Below the pieces are notes generated by a model. That model was not told the DNA's origin, searched no databases, and saw only the letters and a program-made list of their open reading frames with translations. A stretch of DNA of 57,060 nucleotides, taken from IMG/VR virus record IMGVR_UViG_3300019093_000011, positions 1-57,060 of that record; one strand, given 5' to 3'. This stretch comes from a virus (lineage: Duplodnaviria; Caudoviricetes). This document shows positions 26,624-37,900 of the stretch, piece after piece. The first letter of the stretch is position 1. Each line of letters opens with the position of its first letter. The position numbers were made by a program, and so were the translations under genes.

Positions 26624-29467
26624 TCAAGCATTATCATAGACCCACCCTCTAGTAGCACCCGTATAGACTAAGTTAAAAGCTCGTCCCGAAGTAGTAATAT
26701 TAATATCACTAGTAGTTGCATTAATTAAATTGCCGTTTCTTCTAATAAACAATTGAGCAGTGATACTAATTCCAGTTTGGTCAACAAATCGAATCTCATC
26801 GCCCACTGTTGGTGTTGTTGGCAAAAACACTTGAATATTATTGTTTTTAAAACTTGTATCTATGAACAGTCGATCCCCGGCCTTTGCGTCATAGTTATCT
26901 CTAATTACTTTCCAAGCAAGCTTTAAATTGCCAAGGATATTCACAACGGTGTTATTATTGCCTAAATTAATAGTATCAACTTGAGTACCAACGCCAGTGC
27001 CGGTGTCAACAAAAAGATTCGCAATATTTGTTAAAGATTTGATCTTACCTTCTTCTAATATAAGATCTTTTTCTATTTGAGCATTCAAAATTGTGGCTGT
27101 AGAATTGGGGCCGTAAATTTTTCCAGTGACATATATATCCCCAGTAACATCTAACGCACGAGCTGAACCACGTGTTCTTACTACATCTGATGCTTGAATT
27201 ACATTTTTACTGGTGTCTTTAAATAATAGACCAGATCCTTGAAGGGTTCTGGCATTAGGATCAAGTTTGGGTATAATTAATTCATTAACAATATTTAAAT
27301 CATGTTGAATATATACGGTTCCACCAAGTTGTAGATTAGCAGTATCCTCAATTCGGCCTATTTTGATCTGACTAGCGACTGCTCCAATTCCTAAAGCAGT
27401 AACATAATTTGGTAGAAGGTCAAATTCTGTAGTAAACTGACCTACTGTAAGTGTTGCCTTACTATTGGCACCCCTGCCACTAATTGTAACAGTTCCATTA
27501 ACTTCTAAATTATTTTTAATTATTGTTTGGCCAAAGGTATTGCCCATTTCAATATTGAATGCGCCACCCCCAATGGCTAAGGAAGTTACAGTTTGATTGA
27601 ATACGCTGGCTGATGTTGTAGCGGCACTAGCTCTAATGTCAGCTGATGCTTGACCAGTTATTGCTCTTCCTTGAATTACAATGTCACCTTCAAAATATGC
27701 CGAATCATTACGAACTCGAAATTCACCGTTAGTAGAGCCAATGACAATGTTATTAGCTCTTCCACCAAGGTTTATGTTTTTAACTTTATCATCAAAAATA
27801 TAAATTTGCTCTGATGTACTCTTCATATAAGCAGGTGTACTGTCATCATATCCTATGAAAAATTGACCGTTAATAATATGCAAATTGTTATTAACATAGG
27901 TATTGCCTGCTACAGAACCTATGGAGATAAAAGTAGCTTCCCCGCCAAAATTTATATTTTTCACATTTTCTGGTAAGAAGTCAAAATTTTCACCAGAAGT
28001 AACGGTTGTTGTAATTTTGGAAGTTCCACCTACATCAAAAATTAATTCTTTTCTTAAAACTAAATCTTGTTTGGCTAATGCATTTGTTTCAAATTCAATA
28101 GCATTACTGGCGTTTAATAATAAACTTCCAGTTGTAGATCTAACTGTATTTGTTTTAAGTAAAACATTTCCTGTTTGAATTTCACCTGAAACTGTTAGAC
28201 GATTTTGTACATCCGCATCATTTTTAAATTTAACTATACCAGTGGTAACACTACCAATGTTTATGGTATTAGTTTCAGCACCTATATTAATTGTTTTAAC
28301 TGTGGTATTGAGTAGATTAAAATTAGTTAAGGTAGAACGTAAACTCCCGCCATCAATATTAACATTTTGAACAACATTTAAATTGTTATTTACAGTGGTT
28401 GTACCAGTAACAGCACCAATATTCATTGCCGTGGCAGCACCCGCTAAATTTACTGTAGTAGCTGTGGTATTAACAATTTCAATTGTGGGCTTATTAGTTA
28501 CAATATTTTTACGGAAATTAACATCACCGTCGATGTCTAATACAGCCAATGGGTCCGAGTTATAAATTCCTACCCTACTTCTAACAGCATCAATAAAAAT
28601 TGCATTACTTGATCCAGCAGCATTTTTTACATTCAAAGCTAAATTTGAATTTTGAATGTTGCTTTTAAGAGTACTTAGGTTGGATAATAGTTCAAATGTT
28701 AGATTATTAGATGATCCCAAAGTTAAAGGAGTAGTACCTGCTATAGCCAATGTGCCATTAATAAAATTATTACCAGTTGTCTGAACAAAGTTACTAACAT
28801 TAATAACATTGCCAAAACCATCAATTAGGTTTTGAGCATTTAATGCTGTGCCATAAAAGTTAAATTCAGATATTGCTGGGGTAAACCCCTTTCTAATAAT
28901 GCCAGTTATGCCTTCATTTTTTAAAATGCGTCCATTTGCAGTTAAATAGTTTGGCGTAAAGGTATCTTTACTGAATATGCCTAAAAGAATATCACCAATT
29001 TTTAATTTAATTAAAGTTTTTGTTACTCCGGCAACATCAGTTAAGTTAACGATTTCATTTCCAGATACACCTTGCTGAGCAGTGTATATGGGACCCGCAA
29101 GTCTTGTCCCTTGGCCATCATTAAAGTAAAGTTGTCTTCTTAAACTGTCAATCCATATATCGCCAGGTCCTAGACTAGGTTCCGAACTGCTGACTTGTGG
29201 TCTATTTGGTTCTTTAAAGATACTGCCATTAAAAATTCTAATTTTTTCTTCACTGGTATCATACCAAATTTGACCTTTAATAGGTGCTTTTGGAGCGGTC
29301 GTACTAGCAAAATTTTCTAATAATTTAACAAAATTTTGGTTAAATTCTAAACCATAGTTATTAGTGCTTTTACCTACTAAAGTTAAATCAGTAGATATTT
29401 TATCTGTACTATTATCTAAAATATCAGCTAGTATAGTTCCGTCAGTTTTAATTATAGTATATGGCAT
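26624..29467 (-). CDS. Long tail fibre protein with internal beta repeats
   Basis: Shared fibre N-terminus; about six 'INxGGxAxxIxIG' repeats; C-terminal LPTTPTVGDEIRFVD...GW module seen in T4-like fibre/baseplate proteins. Confidence 0.75.
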   Translation of the reverse strand: MPYTIIKTDGTILADILDNSTDKISTDLTLVGKSTNNYGLEFNQNFVKLLENFASTTAPKAPIKGQIWYDTSEEKIRIFNGSIFKEPNRPQVSSSEPSLGPGDIWIDSLRRQLYFNDGQGTRLAGPIYTAQQGVSGNEIVNLTDVAGVTKTLIKLKIGDILLGIFSKDTFTPNYLTANGRILKNEGITGIIRKGFTPAISEFNFYGTALNAQNLIDGFGNVINVSNFVQTTGNNFINGTLAIAGTTPLTLGSSNNLTFELLSNLSTLKSNIQNSNLALNVKNAAGSSNAIFIDAVRSRVGIYNSDPLAVLDIDGDVNFRKNIVTNKPTIEIVNTTATTVNLAGAATAMNIGAVTGTTTVNNNLNVVQNVNIDGGSLRSTLTNFNLLNTTVKTINIGAETNTINIGSVTTGIVKFKNDADVQNRLTVSGEIQTGNVLLKTNTVRSTTGSLLLNASNAIEFETNALAKQDLVLRKELIFDVGGTSKITTTVTSGENFDFLPENVKNINFGGEATFISIGSVAGNTYVNNNLHIINGQFFIGYDDSTPAYMKSTSEQIYIFDDKVKNINLGGRANNIVIGSTNGEFRVRNDSAYFEGDIVIQGRAITGQASADIRASAATTSASVFNQTVTSLAIGGGAFNIEMGNTFGQTIIKNNLEVNGTVTISGRGANSKATLTVGQFTTEFDLLPNYVTALGIGAVASQIKIGRIEDTANLQLGGTVYIQHDLNIVNELIIPKLDPNARTLQGSGLLFKDTSKNVIQASDVVRTRGSARALDVTGDIYVTGKIYGPNSTATILNAQIEKDLILEEGKIKSLTNIANLFVDTGTGVGTQVDTINLGNNNTVVNILGNLKLAWKVIRDNYDAKAGDRLFIDTSFKNNNIQVFLPTTPTVGDEIRFVDQTGISITAQLFIRRNGNLINATTSDINITTSGRAFNLVYTGATRGWVYDNA

Positions 29468-31332
29468 TATACAAACCTACCAGTAAAAATTATAAATTTC
29501 AGCTTGTCTATGGGACTACTATTACTAAGATTAGGCAATTTAAATACTGGAATGCCATCTTGAATTTTTTCGTTACTGTTAGTATATTCATATCCTATAA
29601 TTGAAAACAAGTCTGAATATGTACTCACTGGCAGTGCTGAACCATCACAAATTCTATAACCAGATGGAATAGCAGCAATAGGCGTACCAGCCCAAATAGT
29701 TATTGTTCCTATTGGCACCAGTGCCAATGTGTTAAGAAAATTAGGTTTGGAAATTTTACTTAATTGTCTAACACCGTTTACTTCTCTACTGACCAATAAC
29801 AAATCATTGGAAATTAAACTAGTTATTTCAGGTTTATTAAAGATAACATCAGGAGTTAATGAAATTGATATAAGATTTGTGTTTAGAGAATTTGTATTTA
29901 CAGAATTTATATTAAATGAACTTTGAGTGTTAGATAATTTAATATCGCCATCAAATTTAATATTAATTCCATTAGTTAACGAGTCTGCTGATCCAGTAAT
30001 ATTCCCATCCAAATTGCCTTTAAAATTTCCAAAAATTTGAACAGGATTATTAGTATCGCCTATTTGGTCTACCCAAATGTTTTTCCATCTCATGCCATTG
30101 GGATACGTAGTAGTAATAGGGGATCCTAAAATATAGGTGCTATTGGATTTTGGTAAAATATTAACCATTCTGCTAGTTTCATCAACATAAAGACCTTTTG
30201 CAACAGACAATGTTTTGGCCACAAACATTCCGCCAGTAGTATGTATACTTGGAAAATTAGGAGCTATTACATCGGTATCATTAGTTCCTGTGACTATTAA
30301 TGATTCATTAGTTTTTATATTGCCCACTACATCTAAACTTTGATTAGGTGCTGTATTATTAATGCCTACTCTGCCAGTTCTAATATTTGGTAAACCAGCG
30401 TCAATAGTTAGAATAATTTCTGAGGATATTGATTTTTGAATTTTAAAATTTATTTTAGACCCAGTGTTTTTATTAGTGAATACACTTGCTCCATTATCGA
30501 CACCTATGCTTAATGATAGGTCAGTGCCTAATAATAAGCCACTATCATTTTGAAGATGAAATTCATATTTTGTTGTACTGAGTTGATCAGACCTAAGAAA
30601 ATTTCTAGCACCAACAACTGTGTCACCCACAATCAATGATTCTGCTTTTTCACTAGTGCCCCAAAACTTAATACCTTTTGAATTTGTTTGTGGAATATTA
30701 GCGTTTAAGTTTAATCCTTGTTTAATTACAGGAAATCCTGGTTCAACAGTTTTAGGAGTAAATTCTCTATCGCTGACAATAGCCACTCTGCTATTTTTAA
30801 CATATAACCCCAGTATTGACCTTGTACTATTATCAGCAGCATCTATAATTAAATCAACTTCAGCGGTAGTTTTTTCGTCTTCGTTATATTTTGGACCAAT
30901 TAATTGCCACGGAAAACTCCCAACGTTTGTATACATATAAAGTTGTTTTCTACTAGTATCAACATACAAATCACCTTTGCTTAATCCAGCAATACGCCCT
31001 GTAGGTGTATTGGCTGATTTTTTTACAATGCCTAATTGTACCCAAGTTGTTCCGTCAAATACTTTTAATCCGCCACCTAGATCGTCTAATGTGTTATACC
31101 AAATCTGTCCTTTTACTGGATTTTGAGGTCCAGCGTTTATATCCGAATTAGAATTTTGAGCAGGACTGGCAAAATTTTCTAATAAGTGTAAAAAATTTTC
31201 CCCAATAATCTGAGTATATCCGGAGTAATTCTTGCCTATAAAAGTAAGACTAGTATTTGTATTTGTTCCGCCATCAGGCACTGAATACACATGATCTTGG
31301 GCACTATTAGTTATAGGTGTAGTATTTGCCAT
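29467..31332 (-). CDS. Tail fibre protein with C-terminal tail-collar domain
   Basis: Shared N-terminus; PIGTITIWAG...GYRICDG...YSDLFSIIG...FKLPNL collar motif. Confidence 0.8.
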   Translation of the reverse strand: MANTTPITNSAQDHVYSVPDGGTNTNTSLTFIGKNYSGYTQIIGENFLHLLENFASPAQNSNSDINAGPQNPVKGQIWYNTLDDLGGGLKVFDGTTWVQLGIVKKSANTPTGRIAGLSKGDLYVDTSRKQLYMYTNVGSFPWQLIGPKYNEDEKTTAEVDLIIDAADNSTRSILGLYVKNSRVAIVSDREFTPKTVEPGFPVIKQGLNLNANIPQTNSKGIKFWGTSEKAESLIVGDTVVGARNFLRSDQLSTTKYEFHLQNDSGLLLGTDLSLSIGVDNGASVFTNKNTGSKINFKIQKSISSEIILTIDAGLPNIRTGRVGINNTAPNQSLDVVGNIKTNESLIVTGTNDTDVIAPNFPSIHTTGGMFVAKTLSVAKGLYVDETSRMVNILPKSNSTYILGSPITTTYPNGMRWKNIWVDQIGDTNNPVQIFGNFKGNLDGNITGSADSLTNGINIKFDGDIKLSNTQSSFNINSVNTNSLNTNLISISLTPDVIFNKPEITSLISNDLLLVSREVNGVRQLSKISKPNFLNTLALVPIGTITIWAGTPIAAIPSGYRICDGSALPVSTYSDLFSIIGYEYTNSNEKIQDGIPVFKLPNLSNSSPIDKLKFIIFTGRFV

Positions 31333-31333
31333 A

Positions 31334-31939
31334 TTATGTTCCTAGCCCAGTTAAACTTTGTATTCTAACTGTGTAATCTATTTGAATAAGACGATTCAAA
31401 CTCTTTTGTACTGGGTGAAATACCACATGAGTTAATAATTTACTTTGGTTAGTTTCACTATATGATTTTAATCCTAGTTCATCAAACACATATTCTGATT
31501 CGTTATTGGTTATGTTATCAAAAGCACTTTGACCGCTAGGTTCGCCATAGTCTAAAAAACAAGTGACAAATACATCTGTATAATTTGTGCCAGTGACATG
31601 CCTAGTTTCTATGTAATTCCTTATGGGATCGATATTGGTGATACTTCTATCATCCACCACTTTAGTATAAGTTGGGTTATATAAATCGGCGTTGATCCCG
31701 GTAGAATTTGGGGTTAGATATGTAATAATACCTGTGGGGTCCACCGCAGTTCCGCCGTTGCCAAAGGCCATTTCATAAATAAATCCTTGCCCAGAATTGG
31801 ATATACTACTAGCTAGAGCTACACTCATATTTTCATAATGGATGGCATTACGTTTATTAACGTAAATTTCTTTGGAACTTGGGTCCCAAATCTTAATATG
31901 TCCTTCTATATGAATACCGCCAAAGTCTTTGTTTTGCAT
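31334..31939 (-). CDS. Putative baseplate/virion structural protein
   Basis: 201 aa between the giant baseplate gene and the fibres; FDELGL...LTHVVFHPVQKS motif. Confidence 0.6.
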   Translation of the reverse strand: MQNKDFGGIHIEGHIKIWDPSSKEIYVNKRNAIHYENMSVALASSISNSGQGFIYEMAFGNGGTAVDPTGIITYLTPNSTGINADLYNPTYTKVVDDRSITNIDPIRNYIETRHVTGTNYTDVFVTCFLDYGEPSGQSAFDNITNNESEYVFDELGLKSYSETNQSKLLTHVVFHPVQKSLNRLIQIDYTVRIQSLTGLGT

Positions 31940-31958
31940 GATTATTTCTCTATCAAAA

Positions 31959-31966
31959 TATTTATT
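31959..31966 (-). promoter_or_regulatory. Late promoter AATAAATA
   Basis: Directly after the stop at 31967, upstream of ATG 31939. Confidence 0.5.
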
Positions 31967-34900
31967 TTATCCGCTACCTAGTTTTTTAGGGGCAAACTTT
32001 AAAAAATATGCTACGCTATTGGTCGAATTAGCTATATCTTTGCCTGAGTCTTCCCAAACGGTCAATGTTTTTCTTACAACCTGTGTTTTAATTCCAAGTC
32101 TTGGGATGGTATTTAAGTGAATTTGAGCTGTAGTTTCGTCAATTGTAAAGTCTGCAGGATGTTCAACATCACCTTGTGGGCTTTCTGGATGAATTCTTGC
32201 ATCATGTAGTTTATATGGATTTTTTCTTTGTCTAACTCCGCCCACAAATATTTCAATACCGTCCTTACTTGGAATATAAGGTAAATTGGAATTAGGCATC
32301 CACTCATGAATTTCTGTTTTATCATCATAAGGGATTGTTTCTGCAAACCCAATATCAAATACTTCTGTACCTAAAGTATGTACTTGGGGTATACCTGTCC
32401 CCCAAGTACCTCTACGAAGTTGAGTAATTTTATTTTGATTTTTAATAAAGTATTCAATTCTTTCGCCATTGATATAAACAACACCTGGTTGATTTGAAGA
32501 TATATCTGGATCATTTAATGTCGATGAGTCATGAACTTCAATTTCTTTATCAGAAAACTTTAATTCTTTAATCAAATATGTTGTTCTATTTTTGCTTATT
32601 CTTTTATAATGCGATCTATTTAGGATATCCTTAAATTGCATAAATGCAATTGGGTCCCTAGTAATATTAGATCCAAACGTTAATACTGAGAACCTATCGT
32701 CCTTTGTTGGAATAGTATTAAGAATAACTTCCATTTTATTATCAGATAATATATAATCCATGTTGGGCATTAACAACGTTTTATTTTTAATAACCCATAC
32801 ATAATTAGCATTGATTATTGGTCTGTTAAGTGACAATATACCGCCACTAACTCTAATAGCATCCAAATAGTAGATACTATTTTGATAATTCTGTATGTTA
32901 GATTTAATTTTATAGCTACTTCGTTGAATATTTAAGATATCATGATTATACATAGAAATTACTTCTATTTGAGTGTTATCTGGATAAGAGTTTTTAAATT
33001 CAATGAAATTAGAATTTCCATCCTTTCCTATCTTATAATCTGAATTTTTTACTAGTGTAACTATAACTTTGGAATTCTCTGTATAATAATTTGGTAATAT
33101 ACTAATTTTTTGAGTGATCAAATCTATTTTATAAGCCATACCTAGTTGAACTTCATTATTATCAATATATACTTTGTAATCTTCAAGAATATTGAACACT
33201 TCCTCATCATTGACACTTCCCTTACCTAAGGGAATATCATAAGCATACACATTATTTTTTAATATAAAAAAGAATGAATCAGTAGAATTTAATATTTCAT
33301 TGCCAACTCTAACAATAGTATTCTGTGTTAAAGGAAAACTTTTTCCAATAGGATTTAATAAATTATATTTTAATGTAGTTCCATCTGAAGTTAATGTTTC
33401 TCTACTTACTATACTGGTAGAAATATTAGATGTCTTTTTAAAAATTATGTAGTTTACTACTTGACCAACAACAAGCTCATCGACAAACTTAATAGCTAAT
33501 TTATTTTTAAGATTATAAGTTTCATCAGTTTTGATTATAGTATAATTTACAACTTCACCTGACACTAATACCATTAATTCTAAATCATCTCGCCAATTAA
33601 AATTTAATATTAGTTCTTTAGAGGCTGTTTCTATAATTTTATAATCAATATCTAAAATATTGTTACCGTTAAAGCCTAAATTAATAATTGATATAATTTT
33701 ACCTTGAGTCGGGACTGTGAGTAGTTTAATTGAAACCCTGTTAAAATCCACAATATAATCTAAATTAGGACGTAATATATTATCACCAACTTTGACAATT
33801 GCCGCAGATTTATTATTAGGGTACTGACTTATTTTATATTCAGACATACGGCCATCGGAGATATAATTATCGCAGGTAATATCTGCTGATTCGTTAATCA
33901 AAAAATCCGTTACCTTGATTACCAATGTGTCTGCCACATGTCCAGGTAGCATTTCCTCAGGTGCTGGACTGGTCAACGGACTAATAAAACGATCACCGTC
34001 AATTATAATATCATCAGCAGCCATCCCCGATGCAGTTACATAAGGAATACCATTATTTTTTCCAAACTTTCCACCCTGTATTAGTGCATCATATATTCTA
34101 GTATCATCATTAACAGTCCTTGGGTCCCATAATTTCTCTCCCCAAGGATTATTTTCGCTATCCCATTTCTCAGGAGGATCAAAATTTATCCCAACAATGC
34201 TCACACCGCCATAATCAATGCCAGTCATTAGTTGAGCAAAATCCTTGCCTATCATGCCGCTTTCTGGAGCATAATAATAGGCAATTCTATCTAAGGCTTT
34301 TAGATGATTGAAATCTTTTTTATAATTAATGGTTATAAGATATGTCTTGTTTTCGTCCTTTACTTGCGGGTCATCAAGAACTAGTTTACCATAATAAACA
34401 GTATGAGTGCCATCAGGACTAGGTTTACTAGTTTTTACTAATGAATAACTGCCTTTTAAAGCATCAATTTCAATGCCATCAATAGTAAATGTCACTGAAC
34501 TTTGATTTTTTTCAATATTTGGACTGTATATTAAATCAAAAGAAATAGTGTCTTTGTTGCCAATAAAAGTTTCAGTTTTAGTCAAAGGTAGTATGTTTTC
34601 TATGGGCTCTTTGGCATATCTATCAAATCGTAAACCTAAAGTATTAGATCTAACTAGATCATTTTTTATTACAGCAGTGGCCCTAGCCTCTACACCATCA
34701 ACATCTAAATGACCTTTTATTTTAATAATTGGTGCTTTATAATATCCAGAACCTCCATTTAATACTTCAATTTGTATAACTTGACCTTTAGCTATAAATG
34801 CCCTAGCTGTTGCTGGGGTTGTACAATCACCTATGATTTCAACTATTGGTCTAGAAAGATAATTACTGCCGCCATCAAATACTATAATTTCTTTAATGGT

Positions 34901-37900
34901 AAAACTGGCGTTTTCTCTCCATAAACGCCAAGGATAATCATCAACTACTTTGTCAAAATATACTAATCCGTTTGATGCTCTTGTTTGAATAGCTTTTATT
35001 TGATTTTGAGAAACATATGATGGCAAATCAAAATCAGTAACTAAACTTTGTGTATTTTCCATGTCATTATAGATACTGACAAATTCCCTTATTTTAGTTC
35101 TATAAGGTTTAACCTCAGCAATATAATTTTCAAAATCTTCTAAGTTATCATTACTATATGTTATTTTTTGACGAAGTTTTCCTACATTATGTAATGCCTT
35201 AACAAAACTAGTTTTAAAAATCCAATCTACAAATGGTTGTTCTGATAATGCATATTTGATACTTAAAAAGAAAAGATTTAAGTAAAGTATTCTACGATTG
35301 TCTATGAGAATTTTGTCTTTTAATGAATTTAAAATAATTCTTAATTCAATACTACCTGAATTATCAAATTTATTAATATCATATAGACTGCTATCGTAAC
35401 CAAGTCTATTAGATTTAAAATTATAAAATTTATTACTTAATTGAAGTGAACCATTTTGACGACCTATTACTTGAAAACTTTGCGTATAATCTATTGATTC
35501 TATGTCAGAATATTTTTCTAATAATAACCATCCAGAACTGCCTACGTTATTAACTTTAATAACTTGCCCTATTTTACAATCACTTGAAAATAATTGATAT
35601 GTACCATCCACCACAAAATCCACCCTAGTGAATTGATCATAACCATCTTCATACCAATCAATATAATTCCAAAAATTAGTAACATCATAATCTTGGATTT
35701 TTATTTTACTCCAAGTGCTACCGCTATAGGTATAAATGCACCAATTGCCAAATACTGTACTATCACTTCTTACTAATACCGTAATATTTCTTAATGATAA
35801 CCCAGTATTTGAAATATCGTAACCCTCACCCTGTGATAGAATTTCAACTCTATCTATTCCGCCTGTATTGTTTAAGACTGCTCGAGCTTTGGCATTTTCT
35901 CCCGATCCAGCAATAGTTATTGGCGGAGCATATTGATACCCATACCCACTGTCCAGTACACTTATTCCTACTAGTTTACCATTCTCAATATTCAAAGAAA
36001 GACTGGCTTTTTTAAATGCATCAACATTTATAAACCGCAATTCTTTTTCGGTATCGATTACATAATCATATAACCCAAAAATTTCACTAGGCGCTTGATC
36101 TTTCTTTAATAAATCAGTTAAATCTATATTATCTATTTGAATTTTTTTGAATTCACTATTGAATCGTTCTATAACTTGTTTGATTGCTTCCAATCTATTG
36201 ACAAACATACTTTGTCTTGGTTTGAATTCTATGCCGTAACGTTGTTTAGGTGACAAAGAAATATCAGGAATCATCTTGCCATTTTCATCAAATCCCACCA
36301 AACTATCAATCCATTTTCTTTCAAGCTGTTTAGGGATTTCAGTTTTTTCATTTTCACTAATGATTTTCCATTCACTGTGAATATTTGTATTACGATCAAT
36401 ATTTGGCAACCAATATTGCACTGACAAAACTACATCCTTAGATGATAATAAATTTTTAATATTGGTCAAACTAACACTATTAGTATTAATAAATTCAATA
36501 TACTTTAATCCTTGTCCTTTAGGATTGCTAATAATATTTGAAATTTCTAAAGCTGAATTTATTCTACTAGTTGAATTGGGCAATGTTGATTTATTTTTTA
36601 CCCAAAAGTAATATAATGATGTAAATTGCTTGGAGATTGAATCATATTTTCTTTTCACACTATAAACTGAATTGCCATAGAGTGTAGTACCAGTAATATT
36701 TTGAGTTATTCCATCAATAGTATTTGATACAATATCCCAGTCCCCTGGCAAAATTTTAGATTCCACCCATTCATAAATATCAACACTGGCTGTTTCGTAT
36801 AAGGTATTCCAAGTGGAATTTTTATAGGTTATATCGCCTATATGAGCATCTAAAAACTTAGCCCTACGTAAATCCCACCATAATGTGCCAACTTGCGGAT
36901 CTAACCAGCACATGCCATCATCCACATTTACATCTAATGTGGAATTAAGTACTTTGTATGAATATGTTGCAGGATCGTAATATGTTTTATATTTGATCTG
37001 CTCTTCGGCTTTGCCAGGAATTTTACCTTGAGTTATATCTATAATATCCAAGTAGGTTAATAACTCGTTGGATCGTCTGTTATATAAAAATATTTTTTTA
37101 AATAAACTTAGATCAATTTTTGGACTTTCTTTTTCGATAATTTTCCAACTATAATCACTTCTATAATGTGTGTAAACGGCACCACTTCTACGATCATTTT
37201 GAGCATTTGGCGCAGATACTATGATATCATTATCAGCAGCGGCAACTCGATCACCATATTCATCAGTGCCATTGGTTTCTACGCTTAATGATTCAGCATA
37301 GATAAACTTATTTTCATATCGATCATAAACATCTACCCTGCCAGAGTCAAGATTAATTACGGAACTATCATCATAATTTACAGTGCTATCATCATAATTA
37401 AACAAATTATTTCTAGAGCTGTCGCCTAGTCTATTATAAACAACTAAAGTTCGTTCATTATTGACAAATTTTAAATATGTGCCAAATTGCTCATTGGCGT
37501 CAAGAGCCTTATTTCTATCAGTTAATGTTTGAAATAGATTGAAATCTTTGTAAACATATACTGCTTCTTTAGATGACACAGCTAGATAAGTTCCATTTTC
37601 TGATAGAGATACTGCTTGACCAAAATTTGTTTTACCTAAAAATCCTATTTCACGAGTTGGATGAAAATCATAATCGCTGCGTTTTTCGAAGAGTATTACC
37701 TTGCCAGGACAATTATGACTTAATGATGCGGAAACTACAAGTATTTTAGCTGTTTGATCAATATCAAAATCATAGGCAAATGGATGATCTACATCAATTG
37801 GCTTAATACTCGTCATAAATTGCCAATTAGAACTGTCTCCAAAATTCTTAAAATAATATATTATACCACTAATACTATCACCATCTGTACTGCTAACAGT

